Source: Clostridiales bacterium (lineage in GTDB: Bacteria; Bacillota; Clostridia; Christensenellales; CAG-138). Taken from it: 64,000 bases of DNA. Positions 63,383-64,000 of this stretch are shown piece by piece (positions within the stretch are counted from its first letter, which is position 1; every line of letters begins with the position of its first letter). Location of the stretch: NCBI GenBank assembly GCA_918244965.1, contig CAKJYC010000021.1, forward strand, positions 85,025 to 149,024. Direction: 5' to 3'. A program made the position numbers and the translations under genes. Below the pieces are notes generated by a model, which saw only the letters and a list, made by a program, of their open reading frames with translations, had not been told where the DNA came from and did not search any database.

Positions 63383-63638
63383 TGCGTTCGATCTCCGATT
63401 CCAGAGCCGCCTTCAGCGTGTCGTTCATCGGCGCCTCCAGCGCGCGCTCCAATGCGCGCGTTTTGATCGTTTTGTTCAGGCACGCTGTGTCACGACACAG
63501 ATACGCGCCGCGGCCGGAGAGCTTTCCGGTCGCGTCGAGCACAAGCTCGCCCTCGGCCGTGCGCACCACACGCATCAGGTCCTTTTTCGCCCGCATTTCG
63601 CGGCAGGCGACGCACATCCGCATCGGGATCTTTTTCAA
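63366..63638 (-). CDS. ylxR: YlxR family (DUF448) RNA-binding protein
   Basis: 90 aa. I place the start at the TTG at 63638, 7 nt after GGAGGAG, because the family N-terminus KKIP(L/M)R.C lies upstream of the first ATG. Motifs: KKIPMRMCVACREMRAKKDLMRVV...GRGAYLC. Confidence 0.8.
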   Translation of the reverse strand: MKKIPMRMCVACREMRAKKDLMRVVRTAEGELVLDATGKLSGRGAYLCRDTACLNKTIKTRALERALEAPMNDTLKAALESEIERNGSAV

Positions 63639-63642
63639 GCGC

Positions 63643-64000
63643 TTACTCCTCCGCGTTCCGCTCGGCCTGCGCGGCGTCCACCGCTGCATCCGCCTGCGAC
63701 TGGCTCTTGATGTCGATCTTCCAGCCGGTCAGCTTCGCGGCCAGGCGCGCATTTTGTCCCTCCTTGCCGATGGCAAGCGACAGCTGCGAATCCGGCACCA
63801 CGACGCGCGCGGCCTGTTCTTCTTCATTCACATACACCATCAGGACCTTCGCCGGGCTCAGCGCCTTTGCAATGTAGATCGCGCTGTCCGAATCGTACTC
63901 GATGATGTCGATCTTTTCGTTGTTCAGCTCGTTGACGATGCGTTCCACACGTGCGCCGCGCGGGCCGACGCATGCGCCGACCGCGTCCACCTGCGGATCG
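63643..64000 (-). CDS. nusA: transcription termination/antitermination factor NusA, C-terminal part (gene continues past the right edge)
   Basis: KH-domain region ...[30 protein letters not shown]...[27 protein letters not shown]. The reading frame is open to position 64000. Confidence 0.9.
   Translation of the reverse strand, partial: DPQVDAVGACVGPRGARVERIVNELNNEKIDIIEYDSDSAIYIAKALSPAKVLMVYVNEEEQAARVVVPDSQLSLAIGKEGQNARLAAKLTGWKIDIKSQSQADAAVDAAQAERNAEE

Noticed and set aside
1-64000. Looked for CRISPR arrays, transposases/IS ends, integrases, phage structural genes, restriction-modification systems, and known defence genes (Cas, Abi, retron RT, CBASS, TIR/Sir2 effectors).
   Set aside because: I found no regularly spaced repeats. 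The only tandem repeat is the coding 15-mer in infB. None of the 63 translated products resembles these families.

Overview
This is a 64-kb chromosomal segment from a visibly GC-rich, spore-forming Firmicute. It looks like a Clostridia member, possibly Oscillospiraceae/Ruminococcaceae-like, but that is inference from gene order and protein sequences only. I call 63 protein-coding genes and one tRNA-Trp. I saw no rRNA, CRISPR array, transposase, integrase or phage genes. From about 11.9 kb to the right edge every gene is on the minus strand. The 24.7-64 kb stretch is a run of conserved housekeeping operons: nusA-ylxR-ylxQ-infB-rbfA-nrnA-truB-ribF-rpsO-pnp; an M16 peptidase; yggS-sepF-DivIVA; ygiQ; yceD-rpmF; plsX-acpP-rnc-smc-ftsY; and pyrH-frr-uppS-dxr-rseP-ispG-polC-rny. 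Small accessory inserts interrupt it: an ECF sigma/anti-sigma cassette bracketed by terminators, a lipoprotein plus LRR/dockerin surface-protein pair, and a NUDIX gene. The 0-24.6 kb stretch is more accessory. It holds udk, a MATE pump, an ECF sigma with a beta-propeller anti-sigma, a degenerate-looking amidase, a PLC-like/SLOG/membrane/PBP1A cluster and a GntR regulator. It also holds a GerA-type germinant-receptor operon with a 56-aa fourth ORF missing from the ORF track, and a BlaI/M56 operon whose cargo is an ~8-TM protein and a GNAT::Sfp-type PPTase fusion. Finally, there is a tRNA-Trp locus with an att-like 21-nt duplication and ~98-nt repeats next to an orphan 411-aa gene. I do not see a complete, self-evidently novel multi-gene system. 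The best follow-up candidates are the BlaI/M56-GNAT::PPTase operon, the tRNA-Trp scar region, and a riboswitch-like terminator/antiterminator leader upstream of the M19 dipeptidase gene. All calls rest on my own reading of the translations and the nucleotide sequence; no database search or folding program was available.
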